Positions 1 through 8,816 of a DNA stretch of 64,000 bases are shown here, one piece after another. The stretch is from a bacterium (GTDB lineage: Bacteria; Patescibacteriota; Saccharimonadia; Saccharimonadales; AWTP1-31), in contig JAUHZB010000002.1 of assembly GCA_030426125.1 (NCBI GenBank), forward strand, positions 3,633-67,632, in the 5' to 3' direction. Position 1 is the stretch's first letter. The number at the start of each line of letters is the position of its first letter. A program made the translations under genes and the position numbers. A model generated the notes under the pieces. It was given only the letters and a program-made list of their open reading frames with translations. It searched no databases and was not told the origin of the DNA.

Positions 1-1
1 T

Positions 2-478
2 GGAAATGTAGCCCGGGCCTTCACTCTTCTCGGTGCCTTTACTCTAATTCGCTTCCGAACAGCTGTTAAAGATCCAAAAGATACTGCTTTTATATTTTTA
101 GCACTAGTGGTTGGTTTAGCAGTTGGGGCTAGTGATTATGCCTTGGCTATAGCTGGAACGCTAGTAACCGCCATTGTTGCTGTGGTTCTAGATGCTTTAA
201 ATTTCGGTTCTTTAGTGAAGCTTGAACAAGTCCTTTACCTAACAATTTCTCCAAAAACAATTAATCAAAAAGATTTAGAAGCGATACTTCATAGCGAATT
301 AAAAGAAATGTCTATAATTAATGTAAATTACAGTGATTCCAATAAATTACTGCAGTATTCATATAACATTCAACTTCGTAAGAAAGATCAGCAGGCAGAT
401 GTTATGGAGAAAATTGCTGCCGTTGAGGGTGTGAAGAACGCCGAGATACTAGCCTCTCAACAAGTAGTTGAGTTTTAA
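2..478 (+). CDS. DUF4956-like membrane protein, C-terminal part (5' end outside window)
   Basis: Frame 2 is open from the window edge (GNVARAFTLLGAFTLIRFRTAVKDPKDTAFIF...) and runs into listed ORF 107..478. It has hydrophobic helices followed by a soluble tail. The family name is from memory of the IRFRT...D..F signature. Confidence 0.5.
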   Translation, partial: GNVARAFTLLGAFTLIRFRTAVKDPKDTAFIFLALVVGLAVGASDYALAIAGTLVTAIVAVVLDALNFGSLVKLEQVLYLTISPKTINQKDLEAILHSELKEMSIINVNYSDSNKLLQYSYNIQLRKKDQQADVMEKIAAVEGVKNAEILASQQVVEF

Positions 479-510
479 AGACCATTACCCAGGTCTAAAT
501 TTTATCTATA

Positions 511-1047
511 TTATTTAGTAACTTTAGCTTTGCTAGTGTAGTAATCTCTGACTTGAAATAACAGATAAGCACCAATTGCGCTACCTATAAGTGAACCTAG
601 TAGATTACCAAAGCTACCGAATGATGTTAGGGCTACTACTAGCCCGTATACGACGTTTAACAACATGCTATAGAAGATATAGTTCCAGCCTTTTTTCTGG
701 AATTTTCTTAGTGGTGAAAAAGCCATTAGGTTTAGAATTGAACTAGCTAGAGTTAGCAACAGCGACAATATTAAGAATAGCGACCAACTTCTCCCAAGGC
801 CGGTATTGGCATAGATTCTGTCCAGTTGCTGTCCGTAACCAGTTAGAACGGTTGCGGTCGAGGCATTTACCCAAAGGAAGATGGCATAGGCTGACCACAG
901 TCCAATTATTCCACCGACTAATGAAAGCCAAGGTGCTATTTTTACAATTACCTCCCGCCCACCTTTGGGTATGTTTGGTAGATTGTTATTGAATGTTTTA
1001 TTTAGAGATTGTTCTAAGCCGTCTAGTTGTTTGATAGGATGACCCAT
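511..1047 (-). CDS. integral membrane protein, unknown function
   Basis: 178-aa ORF with several long hydrophobic segments. AAGGAG sits 8 nt upstream of the ATG. Confidence 0.6.
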   Translation of the reverse strand: MGHPIKQLDGLEQSLNKTFNNNLPNIPKGGREVIVKIAPWLSLVGGIIGLWSAYAIFLWVNASTATVLTGYGQQLDRIYANTGLGRSWSLFLILSLLLTLASSILNLMAFSPLRKFQKKGWNYIFYSMLLNVVYGLVVALTSFGSFGNLLGSLIGSAIGAYLLFQVRDYYTSKAKVTK

Positions 1048-1082
1048 ATCTAATACTCCTTCTTAGTTGCTGTTATTGTACT

Positions 1083-1379
1083 CTAAAGAACCACCCCATA
1101 GAAGGATTCTAGTAGTTTGTAGACGACGTATGCTGGCCATACTAGGGCTTTTAGTAGTCCAGTAAGGTAGCCACCGAAATTAGTGGCTGCTTGTGACCAA
1201 TAGATTAGGGCTCCAATAAAACCAACAAAGTACAGAGCTCCACCTGCTCCACTGGAGGACTTGGAATGTTTTTTATGTTCTTTGCACCACTGTTCGAAAT
1301 CTTCTGCTCCACTGAATTTGGCACTAATATCTAGTTTAGGGCTCTCTTTTGAGCTCTTAGTTTTTGTTGCTTTTGGCAT
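1083..1379 (-). CDS. small membrane protein (98 aa)
   Basis: The track start at 1427 lies within a TATAAT box. AGGAG plus 6 nt plus ATG at 1379 gives MPKATKTKSS. The N-terminus is Lys-rich and the C-terminus has two hydrophobic helices. Confidence 0.5.
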   Translation of the reverse strand: MPKATKTKSSKESPKLDISAKFSGAEDFEQWCKEHKKHSKSSSGAGGALYFVGFIGALIYWSQAATNFGGYLTGLLKALVWPAYVVYKLLESFYGVVL

Positions 1380-1427
1380 GCTGTTCTCCTGCATCGTTGT
1401 TATGTTTATGCTTAATATTATACACAA

Positions 1428-2303
1428 CTAAATATTTAATATAACGATCCCAATAACTACCAGTATGGCTCCAACTCGTTTGCTATAAAGCAATTTCTCA
1501 CCATCTATTTTATTAGCTAGTAGTGAGGTGACTAGCGGCGAAGCACTGGCAATTACAGCTGGAATTACTAAGTTCCCAGTTGTTTCGCTGGTGGCATAGA
1601 ATATTATTGAGCCTAGGGTTAGAGCAAGGCCACCGAAAACACCAAATTTATTATTTACAAAACTGTGTTTATGGACATTTAGTGACTGGCTACCCTGTTT
1701 AAGTATGAAGTAAATGATCGAAAAAATAGCCATTAGTATTGCTTCCATGCCGAGAACTGTTTCCCAGGGTAGTTCGTCGACCAGCGAGTTCATTGTGAAG
1801 AAAGCCAGCCCCCAGAATAGAGCTGTCAGCAAAGCATAGCTCACTTCACTACTGAGCCTGGTTTTGGCTTTGCGCAAGTTTATCTTTTCAGTGCCTAGTA
1901 AAGCTCCACCGAGCACTATAACTATAATTGCTAAGTATTGAATTAGTGATAGGCTGAGCGATAAGAATACTGCACTCAGTAGCAAAGTTACCAAGGGATA
2001 GCTATTGGCAAGTGGAGCGACTATACCGGCTTGACCATTAGAAAAGGCTTTAATGAAGCACAGATAGGCCAGCGTAAAGAAGATTGAAGCTAGGATAGCA
2101 ATAGACAGCTGCCTTATGTCTGGCAGCACCGTACTGCTCAGTAGCAGGATTAGGATAACTATGATGGATGCAGATACCTGCACCGTCATATTGACGTAGC
2201 TAGTGCTGTGTTTTTGGCTAGATTTACCAATAAACCAATCTGATAGCCCCCATAATATTAATGATCCGATTCCGCCCAGGGTAGCTATCAGGGTGCTATT
2301 CAT
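1428..2303 (-). CDS. EamA/DMT-family transporter
   Basis: 291 aa with about 10 hydrophobic helices arranged as two similar halves, typical of drug/metabolite transporters. Confidence 0.7.
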   Translation of the reverse strand: MNSTLIATLGGIGSLILWGLSDWFIGKSSQKHSTSYVNMTVQVSASIIVILILLLSSTVLPDIRQLSIAILASIFFTLAYLCFIKAFSNGQAGIVAPLANSYPLVTLLLSAVFLSLSLSLIQYLAIIVIVLGGALLGTEKINLRKAKTRLSSEVSYALLTALFWGLAFFTMNSLVDELPWETVLGMEAILMAIFSIIYFILKQGSQSLNVHKHSFVNNKFGVFGGLALTLGSIIFYATSETTGNLVIPAVIASASPLVTSLLANKIDGEKLLYSKRVGAILVVIGIVILNI

Positions 2304-2319
2304 GGTTACAGCCGCCTAC

Positions 2320-3660
2320 TCATTTTCTGGCTCCATTCTTTATAAAAAAGAAATAGCCGGCTAGTAGCCAGAAGACTAGCACTGCAAGAGATATTCCAAG
2401 TAGCGCCCCTAACCCAAACTCATAGATTATTAACATCGAGCTGGCCGTAAACAAACCTCCGCCAACGATCGGCTCGAATAGTAACTGCTTATAGCCGAAC
2501 AGCTCAATAGCTTGGCTCTTATCTTTGGGGTCAGCGGCATGTATTAGTAGTAGGCCGGTGGCAGTCATACCCATAGATTGGCCGTAGTCACCGATCCCTC
2601 TTTCAAACCAGTAATTGTTAATTATCTTGGGAGCAATAAAGAGAAATGCTAGTAGGTTCCAAACTATGCCAGTAACTGCTAGTAGTACAAATGGCCATAG
2701 ATTATGAGTGATCGAAACGAAAGATATGGTGGCGACCGCAGCAATTATTAGCATTTCTAGAGCCAAGTTAGATATAAAGCCAATGGTGTTGGCTTTTACT
2801 AGTGACTGTAGTTTAAAGAAGCTCAGAAGTGCTTGCACGATAACCCCACCTATCATGGCTAGTGGGAATAGTGGAATGTATGAGAAGAACGCAATCTCTT
2901 CGCTCGGGAACAGTTTAGTTTCAATAGCCAATAAGGACTGTTTAATAATGTAGCCAATAAGGATGGCGATTACGATCAGAGAAATTTGTAGCAAGGTAGC
3001 TTTAATACTGTGTCTAGCCAAGTATTTATTCTGAGTTTGAATAATAAAGGAATGAAGCTTTAGGTTTGAAGGTCGAGTTTTCCTAGCTTTACTTTTTACC
3101 TGGAGGCGTTTGAAGTATAGGTATCGCAGTAATAGACCGGAGGCGATTCCAGTGACTAGCCCAACAGTTGCTAGCCCTAGGGCGATGTCAGCCCCTTCGC
3201 TGAAATTTAGTTTACTAAAAAGGTTTTGTAGGCCCGCTGCTGTACCATGGCCCCCCTCGAAGCTTATTTCAATTAAGGCTCCAGACAAAGGGCTGAAATT
3301 AAAGATTGGCACTAGAACTAGTAGTGCTAGTAAGGATCCAAAAACGTATTGTCCCCAAGCTAGTGTTTGACCGAATACCACCTGTGGGCCAGCAAATCTC
3401 CAGATTTTTCGAGGACTGATTAATCTCTTACCAATAAACAAGGAAGCAAATACGATGTTGATTAGTATCGAGGGTAGTTGGTTCCAGGAATCTAGAAAAG
3501 GTAACGTTACACTGTCTAGTCGCTGAACACCTAATACTAGTAGGCCTAGTAGTACTGCCCCGGGCACTATACTAATGATGGCCGTTTTACGGGCAGCTAA
3601 GAACAAACTAATGATAGCTAAGGAAAAAAGAATGATGTAGCCGATAAGTTGTTCTGACAT
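2320..3660 (-). CDS. gltS: sodium/glutamate symporter (GltS/ESS family)
   Basis: 446-aa polytopic protein. The segments EGGHGTAAGL...FSEGADIALGLATVGLVTG and GDYGQSMGMTATGLLL align by eye with E. coli GltS (SGGHGTGAAW..., GHCGFGLGATPTA). Confidence 0.65.
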   Translation of the reverse strand: MSEQLIGYIILFSLAIISLFLAARKTAIISIVPGAVLLGLLVLGVQRLDSVTLPFLDSWNQLPSILINIVFASLFIGKRLISPRKIWRFAGPQVVFGQTLAWGQYVFGSLLALLVLVPIFNFSPLSGALIEISFEGGHGTAAGLQNLFSKLNFSEGADIALGLATVGLVTGIASGLLLRYLYFKRLQVKSKARKTRPSNLKLHSFIIQTQNKYLARHSIKATLLQISLIVIAILIGYIIKQSLLAIETKLFPSEEIAFFSYIPLFPLAMIGGVIVQALLSFFKLQSLVKANTIGFISNLALEMLIIAAVATISFVSITHNLWPFVLLAVTGIVWNLLAFLFIAPKIINNYWFERGIGDYGQSMGMTATGLLLIHAADPKDKSQAIELFGYKQLLFEPIVGGGLFTASSMLIIYEFGLGALLGISLAVLVFWLLAGYFFFIKNGARK

Positions 3661-3750
3661 AATTGAAGTTTTTGTTTTTATTAGATGCTGCGAAGTTTGA
3701 TGCTTCGGATATCTCCATTATACAGCTAAAGCAATATAACAAAAGTTTGG

Positions 3751-4293
3751 TTAAGATGTGTGGTTATATAGGTTTTGATCAGAAGGCATTAGTTGAATTA
3801 TGGCGTTTCTCAGAGCTTCCTGAAGGCTTATTTCCCTGCTAATATTTCCACCAGTGTAGCGCGACCATGTGTCGCGGTTATCATCAGGTAGTTGGAAATG
3901 GTCGTCATAATATTTCATTATCTTCATGTGACTTTCACCGGCTTTCATCCTTTTGGAAACTACAGCGGGTAGCAGTAAACCGCTGGAATATCCATAATAT
4001 ATTTGATCTTTATCGGATATTACCACTGCCCAAGCCTCTTCGAATAAGTGGCCATAACGTTCAACAAGTCCGCTTTCTATACCAACATAGTAGTTGGCAT
4101 TGCCGATAGCTTGGCACTCTTTGGCTCTGTTTAGCGCCCCCTGGTAGGTTTCTTTGTCAAACGGTGCTTCGGGGACAAGAGACTTTGCGTTATGAGATGC
4201 TACATCAAGACTGGAGGGTTTTAAGATTTCGGTGAATATATCACCAACCACTTTTATCTTTTTCTGGTTCTTGGTGCCAATTAGTATTTTCAT
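3751..4293 (-). CDS. inosine/xanthosine triphosphatase (YjjX-like non-canonical NTPase)
   Basis: MKILIGTKNQKKI...LVPEAPFDKETYQGALNRA...YYVGIESGL parallels E. coli YjjX (ATTNPAKI...GVPEQPFGSEETRAGARNR...VAIEAGI). Confidence 0.65.
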   Translation of the reverse strand: MKILIGTKNQKKIKVVGDIFTEILKPSSLDVASHNAKSLVPEAPFDKETYQGALNRAKECQAIGNANYYVGIESGLVERYGHLFEEAWAVVISDKDQIYYGYSSGLLLPAVVSKRMKAGESHMKIMKYYDDHFQLPDDNRDTWSRYTGGNISREISLQEALRNAIIQLMPSDQNLYNHTS

Positions 4294-4324
4294 TTAGCTA
4301 TATTAACACCACTTGGAAGTAAGA

Positions 4325-6028
4325 TTAAGACTTACTAATAACTTTTCTGAGTTTCGGTAAGGCTGCCGACATTGCTACTGTACTTAGTATGGCTGTGGCG
4401 AACAATACTGTTATGGCCGATGAATCACCTGTCTCAGCTAGGTCGGTTGGTGCTACGGCAAGGCCAACTGGGTCAGATATTTCTCCGGTGTCTGGGTCAA
4501 GATCGAGTGGTCCGTTATCTACGATTGTGTATATTACTTCCAGCGCTGGGTCACCCTGATAGGTGGTTTCATTTATTGTAACGTCATCAAGGTTGCTGTA
4601 CTGCTCAGTGTTTGGATTGTATTTCCTGGCAATAACTTCCTCAGCTTTTAGGTTAGTAATGAAAGTTAAGGTAACTTCATTAGATTCGTTGGTAGTGTCG
4701 AAGCAGAAATCTACTAGGCCCATTGGGTATTGATAGCCAGCATCCTGAACAGCTAGAGCTACCTCTTTGACTGCAGTGCTACAAGTAATTGTGGTGCCGT
4801 CTGGTGTGGTAAGTAGTACCCGATTACCGTTTTCTGAATTTGGGAAGTTGGCGGTGTTTGAAGAGTTTTGGCTATCATCTGAAGTTGCCGATATATAGCC
4901 ATACGCTTCATTTGCAGCAATTGCTTCAGTTCCATCGCTGTTTAGATCTGCAGATATCCAGTCGTTCTCTTCATCATATTCTGCGCTTGGAGTTTCAACG
5001 CTCCAGGTTTCACCAAAATCATCGGATAAGAATAGACCACCGTTGTAACTGACAGCAGATATAACTTCTCCATCATCAGATATTGCGGTATCACTCCAAA
5101 AATTTAATTCCTCCGGATTTGGTGTTACTTCTGTATAGCTGTCGCCACCATCGTTTGAGGCGTAGACATTTTCTCCACCTGCATAATCTTCATGAGAGGC
5201 CACTATTATGCTTTGTCCATCTGCAGAAAGGTCATGGTAGAAATAATAAGCTTCATCGGCTGGGTCAAAAGGTGAAACGTCTTCCCAGCTACTACCACCG
5301 TTTTCTGATTTGTGTAAGGTATCGCCGTCATCTACGCCATTTTCACCACCAACTAGAATTGTTTCACCGTCGTCAGATATGGAGACCGATTTTAGGTCCC
5401 ATATATCTTCAATAGTACTCGAAGTCCAGCTGTTTCCACCGTTACTTGATATGTAGAGTTCACTATCGTCATTTTCTACTGCTGCTATTGTTGTTCCATC
5501 TCCAGAGACAACTACCTTGTCCCAGTCATCTGATTCGGCAGCTGCAGGCGTTATATCTTGCCATGTTCCTCCAGCATTAGCCGACATGAATAATTTACCA
5601 ACAGAACCTTCTGATTCTATATAATTAAGGCTATCATCACTCGATGCCACCATAACTTGGCCATTATTTGATACGTCAACATTTGTCCAATCGTGCCAGA
5701 TGCCGTCTTCTATATCTTCGGCAACATTTTCCCAGTTCAGGCCTGAATCAGCTGAAATATACAGAGGGCTTTCTTCGATCGGTTCACTTTCACCGCCGTT
5801 TATTACAGCTAGCATCATATGATTTCCCGTAGCCGAAATTGCAGCCGATACGTAATCGCCTCCTAGGCGATCAATGTCTTCTGGTCTTTGCCACTGATAT
5901 TCATTAGATGTTGCATATACAGTTGAGAAAATATCTGGCCTGGCTGCTAATACCATTGCGCCTACCGCGAGACTTGTTAATGTAACTTTAGATCTACTAG
6001 TTTTCTTAGAAACAGTTTTTGTTGCCAC
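4325..6028 (-). CDS. secreted BNR/Asp-box repeat surface protein with LAETG cell-wall sorting signal
   Basis: GTG start preceded by AAGGGG. N-terminal signal/anchor. Six S-x-D/N-x-G-x-x-W/Y Asp-boxes (SADSGLNW, SANAGGTW, SSNGGNSW, SENGGSSW, SNDGGDSY, SDDFGETW). The C-terminus has LAETG (nt 4427-4441), then a hydrophobic helix and a KLRKVISKS tail. Confidence 0.75.
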   Translation of the reverse strand: MATKTVSKKTSRSKVTLTSLAVGAMVLAARPDIFSTVYATSNEYQWQRPEDIDRLGGDYVSAAISATGNHMMLAVINGGESEPIEESPLYISADSGLNWENVAEDIEDGIWHDWTNVDVSNNGQVMVASSDDSLNYIESEGSVGKLFMSANAGGTWQDITPAAAESDDWDKVVVSGDGTTIAAVENDDSELYISSNGGNSWTSSTIEDIWDLKSVSISDDGETILVGGENGVDDGDTLHKSENGGSSWEDVSPFDPADEAYYFYHDLSADGQSIIVASHEDYAGGENVYASNDGGDSYTEVTPNPEELNFWSDTAISDDGEVISAVSYNGGLFLSDDFGETWSVETPSAEYDEENDWISADLNSDGTEAIAANEAYGYISATSDDSQNSSNTANFPNSENGNRVLLTTPDGTTITCSTAVKEVALAVQDAGYQYPMGLVDFCFDTTNESNEVTLTFITNLKAEEVIARKYNPNTEQYSNLDDVTINETTYQGDPALEVIYTIVDNGPLDLDPDTGEISDPVGLAVAPTDLAETGDSSAITVLFATAILSTVAMSAALPKLRKVISKS

Positions 6029-6102
6029 TTCTTTATTACCCCTTAAATAATCTTTAGCTTAACTATACCTATAATCGAGGCTTAGCACAAGCTTTATTGT
6101 GA

Positions 6103-7188
6103 CTAAGATTGTCTTAATTGGTCCTGCCTATAAAACAGAGTCGACAGACGCATCCGATAACTTCCATTACTTCTTCTGAGATAGTCAAAAGATGGGTCTA
6201 GCTGTTCCTTTGCGGTAGCCATTAAAGTTACATCACTGGGAATTATTTCCCCTTGAGCTACTTTGCCTATCGCGGCACAAATTTCCAGTTGGCGTGGTTT
6301 TTGTATTTGAGCTATTTGATGCGGCTGGAAATGTTCTAGTAATTCCAAAGCTATCAATAGTCTATCTACTTGCTTATAGGGTGTGGCGTTGGACAATATT
6401 TTAAGATCTTCTCTAGTGTAGACAACTCCCGGATAACGCTGATGCACTAGGCCGTGTGGTTTAGATATAGTCGATAGTAGCCCGATTATATTATCAGCAC
6501 TGACATCTACGGACTGGTCTGGTGTTTTAGTAGTCAGATCAGCATAGGCAGTGTCTAGTACAATTTTGTGGCCGGCTTCAACGAACTGGTCCCACTCTTC
6601 TTGGTCGTGCCAGTTGCCATCTATAGCGCTGGGGTTGGATACGAACCAAACTCGGCCATCTAGCGGTTCACCGGCTTCAGATAGTGATGGCGCCATGTCT
6701 ATACGATCTTTTGTTAGACCAACAGACTCTGCCTGACTGACGTAGTCGTGGTAATCACCTTTAATTATGCCGAGTCTGGTCATTTCTCCTTTGCCAACCC
6801 ATCCAGCCATTAGACGCAAGATCCCATCGGTTGCTCCGTGGGCTGTTGGGTATCGATGCTCAAAAGTAGATAATCCTGGGAACAGCGCTTCATTGCGATT
6901 TGTGATTCGCTCAATGATTGGTTCGTGTAGCGCTAAAAACTCTACTTTACCCGCAGTAGTAGGTAGCGTTAGATCTCTAGCAATACTAAAGCCACCTTCT
7001 TCCAGTAGTTCGCGGGCCTCTGCTTCCGAAGATAGTGGATTAAAATGCTTGGAATAATGTAAGCCTTCTAGAACTTCAGTGACTTCATTAAGCTGATAGC
7101 TAAGGAATGTTGGATTTAATTCACTAGGGTCGACTACTAATTCTGGTTCCTGCTCTGGACTACCCATATCTTTAACTGGCTGCCCCAC
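6103..7188 (-). CDS. class I/II (fold-type I) PLP-dependent aminotransferase-like protein
   Basis: Motifs in canonical order: FVSNPSAIDG (NPxNPTG-like), VLDTAYADL (D.aY) and LSTISKPHGL (S.SK PLP-lysine). The start is uncertain (GTG 7188 or ATG 7167). Confidence 0.6.
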   Translation of the reverse strand: MGQPVKDMGSPEQEPELVVDPSELNPTFLSYQLNEVTEVLEGLHYSKHFNPLSSEAEARELLEEGGFSIARDLTLPTTAGKVEFLALHEPIIERITNRNEALFPGLSTFEHRYPTAHGATDGILRLMAGWVGKGEMTRLGIIKGDYHDYVSQAESVGLTKDRIDMAPSLSEAGEPLDGRVWFVSNPSAIDGNWHDQEEWDQFVEAGHKIVLDTAYADLTTKTPDQSVDVSADNIIGLLSTISKPHGLVHQRYPGVVYTREDLKILSNATPYKQVDRLLIALELLEHFQPHQIAQIQKPRQLEICAAIGKVAQGEIIPSDVTLMATAKEQLDPSFDYLRRSNGSYRMRLSTLFYRQDQLRQS

Positions 7189-7212
7189 TTAGATTATTGC
7201 TTCTAGAGAGTC

Positions 7213-7881
7213 TCATAGATAGCTCCTTTTACCGGGGGCCTTCTTTCGTTTTATAGTGCTGGTCTCTTTCTTGCAGGTTTTACATCTGCCACATTCAATT
7301 GGCTTACCATCAGCGTAGTGAGGGGTTCGACAGGACCAAGTTAGAATTGCTAGATCTTCCGGTATAGTTTTGTATACTTCGTGCTTGAACAAGTCTTTTT
7401 GCGGGTATTCTTTTATTCTGGCGCTATGGTCTTCCTCTTCGGGATGAAAGGCGTTATGGACTCGTTTCGCACGCATTACCGATTCGGTGACACCAAGCTC
7501 AAAGTCGGTGGCTGTGGCTGCTATGACCACTTTAGTGATACTGTCGTCACGGGAAGTCATGTAACCAGAAATAAAGCTAATTATTTCAACATCGTAGATA
7601 AATTTTTTGCCGAAGTGAGGCAAAGCAATAGTTGATTCAGTATAGGAGAAGGGATGGTCTACATGCTTCTTCATATATTCAAGGATTTGTTTAATAGCCA
7701 TTGCTTCAGCTCTCCAACGAGCTTCCAGGTTTTTTATATGGATATGGTGAACCATTACTTCACCGTATTGATCGGGATTGTGCAATACATGCCAGAGGGC
7801 GGCGGTTGAATCAATGCCACCAGAAAACATTACTAAGGTGCGTTTTTTATCAGTCTTTTTAACTAACCTTTTTTTAGCCAT
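7213..7881 (-). CDS. QueC-like PP-loop ATP pyrophosphatase
   Basis: N-terminal SGGIDST PP-loop. The C-terminal LTWSCRTPHYADGKPIECGRCKTCKK matches the QueC zinc cluster (TWSCY...CGRCDSC). The central region diverges from QueC. Overlaps the upstream gene by 8 nt. Confidence 0.6.
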   Translation of the reverse strand: MAKKRLVKKTDKKRTLVMFSGGIDSTAALWHVLHNPDQYGEVMVHHIHIKNLEARWRAEAMAIKQILEYMKKHVDHPFSYTESTIALPHFGKKFIYDVEIISFISGYMTSRDDSITKVVIAATATDFELGVTESVMRAKRVHNAFHPEEEDHSARIKEYPQKDLFKHEVYKTIPEDLAILTWSCRTPHYADGKPIECGRCKTCKKETSTIKRKKAPGKRSYL

Positions 7882-8521
7882 TAACTTCCCTCTTATTTAT
7901 AGCTAGATTATACAGGAGTTGATCAGATAGTGTTCCGTTTTCAAAATAATCTAAAACTAGTTGGCCGCAGTTCTGGGCAACGTAGCTAAGGCTTTGCTCG
8001 TGGTTTGAAGTTTCAGTTTCTAGGGCGTATACAGCGCCATCAAGAATAGCATCGGTTGGTGAATCTAGCACATCTTCAGTAGCTGAATAAAAACAAAGTA
8101 CCCTCTCAAACAAAGACCGATCTACTCCGTTCATATAGCTTGCCAACAAATCTGATGAGCTAACAAGGTTTGGTAGTCGTTGACTGGTCCTAGGGTTATG
8201 GAAATTATAGGGATCAATTTTTGTGGAGGCTATTGCTATTCTATTTATACTACCTGGGGTATTAATGAGGTGACTTAGTGCTGTCTTTCCGCCGTCACTT
8301 AGCCCCAGAAGGTCTACTGTAACTTCCTCTGAATGGTTTTCTATCTCGGCGCTAGTTTCTTCAAATCTTTCTTGGTAGTCACTGCCAGTAGGGTCAATGC
8401 TTTTAGGGATGATTGTTAGGTTTGGCCTGGACCATAACTTAGGTATTTGGTCCTGTATTTCAGGTGTGCCATCAAAAGTTTTGAATAAGTATACTAGCCT
8501 CTCGTTCGTCCGGTCAGTCAT
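7874..8521 (-). CDS. alpha/beta-hydrolase-like protein (putative serine hydrolase)
   Basis: 215 aa with a nucleophile-elbow-like GLSDGG after a beta-strand (VTVDLLGLSDGGKTAL). Asp and His candidates lie downstream. Weak call. Confidence 0.35.
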   Translation of the reverse strand: MTDRTNERLVYLFKTFDGTPEIQDQIPKLWSRPNLTIIPKSIDPTGSDYQERFEETSAEIENHSEEVTVDLLGLSDGGKTALSHLINTPGSINRIAIASTKIDPYNFHNPRTSQRLPNLVSSSDLLASYMNGVDRSLFERVLCFYSATEDVLDSPTDAILDGAVYALETETSNHEQSLSYVAQNCGQLVLDYFENGTLSDQLLYNLAINKREVNG

Positions 8522-8584
8522 GAGGTTATAATAGCAGGCAGGTTAAGAAAAATCTTAATAAATATTGTCTAGTATTTCGATGTT

Positions 8585-8749
8585 CTACTTTCGAATACTA
8601 AGAATTAGTTCGATAAGAGCCATTACTAAGATTCCTGTGCCAAGACCAACAAATAGACCAGCTAGTAGGTTTCCGGTTAAGAATCCGATACCCATTCCTA
8701 TTAGCAATCCGGCTGGTACAAAAGCTCCACTAGGGCTGTTTTTCTTCAT
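8585..8749 (-). CDS. glycine-zipper micro membrane protein (54 aa), missed by ORF track
   Basis: My own translation gives MKKNSPSGAFVPAGLLIGMGIGFLTGNLLAGLFVGLGTGILVMALIELILSIRK. It is a paralogue of the 51-aa ORF at 45989..46144. The + strand ORF 8565..8768 looks like an antisense artefact. Confidence 0.5.
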   Translation of the reverse strand: MKKNSPSGAFVPAGLLIGMGIGFLTGNLLAGLFVGLGTGILVMALIELILSIRK

Positions 8750-8816
8750 GGTTTATGTCCTTTATTAACTTATACTATTATTTCACAAATAAGGATTGAA
8801 TTAAAATTTGGGCGAA

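Noticed and set aside
8565-8768. A 67-aa + strand ORF in the gap between 8521 and 8817.
   Set aside because: It is Pro/Arg/Ile-rich nonsense composition. The opposite strand encodes a clean glycine-zipper membrane peptide that has a paralogue at 45989..46144.
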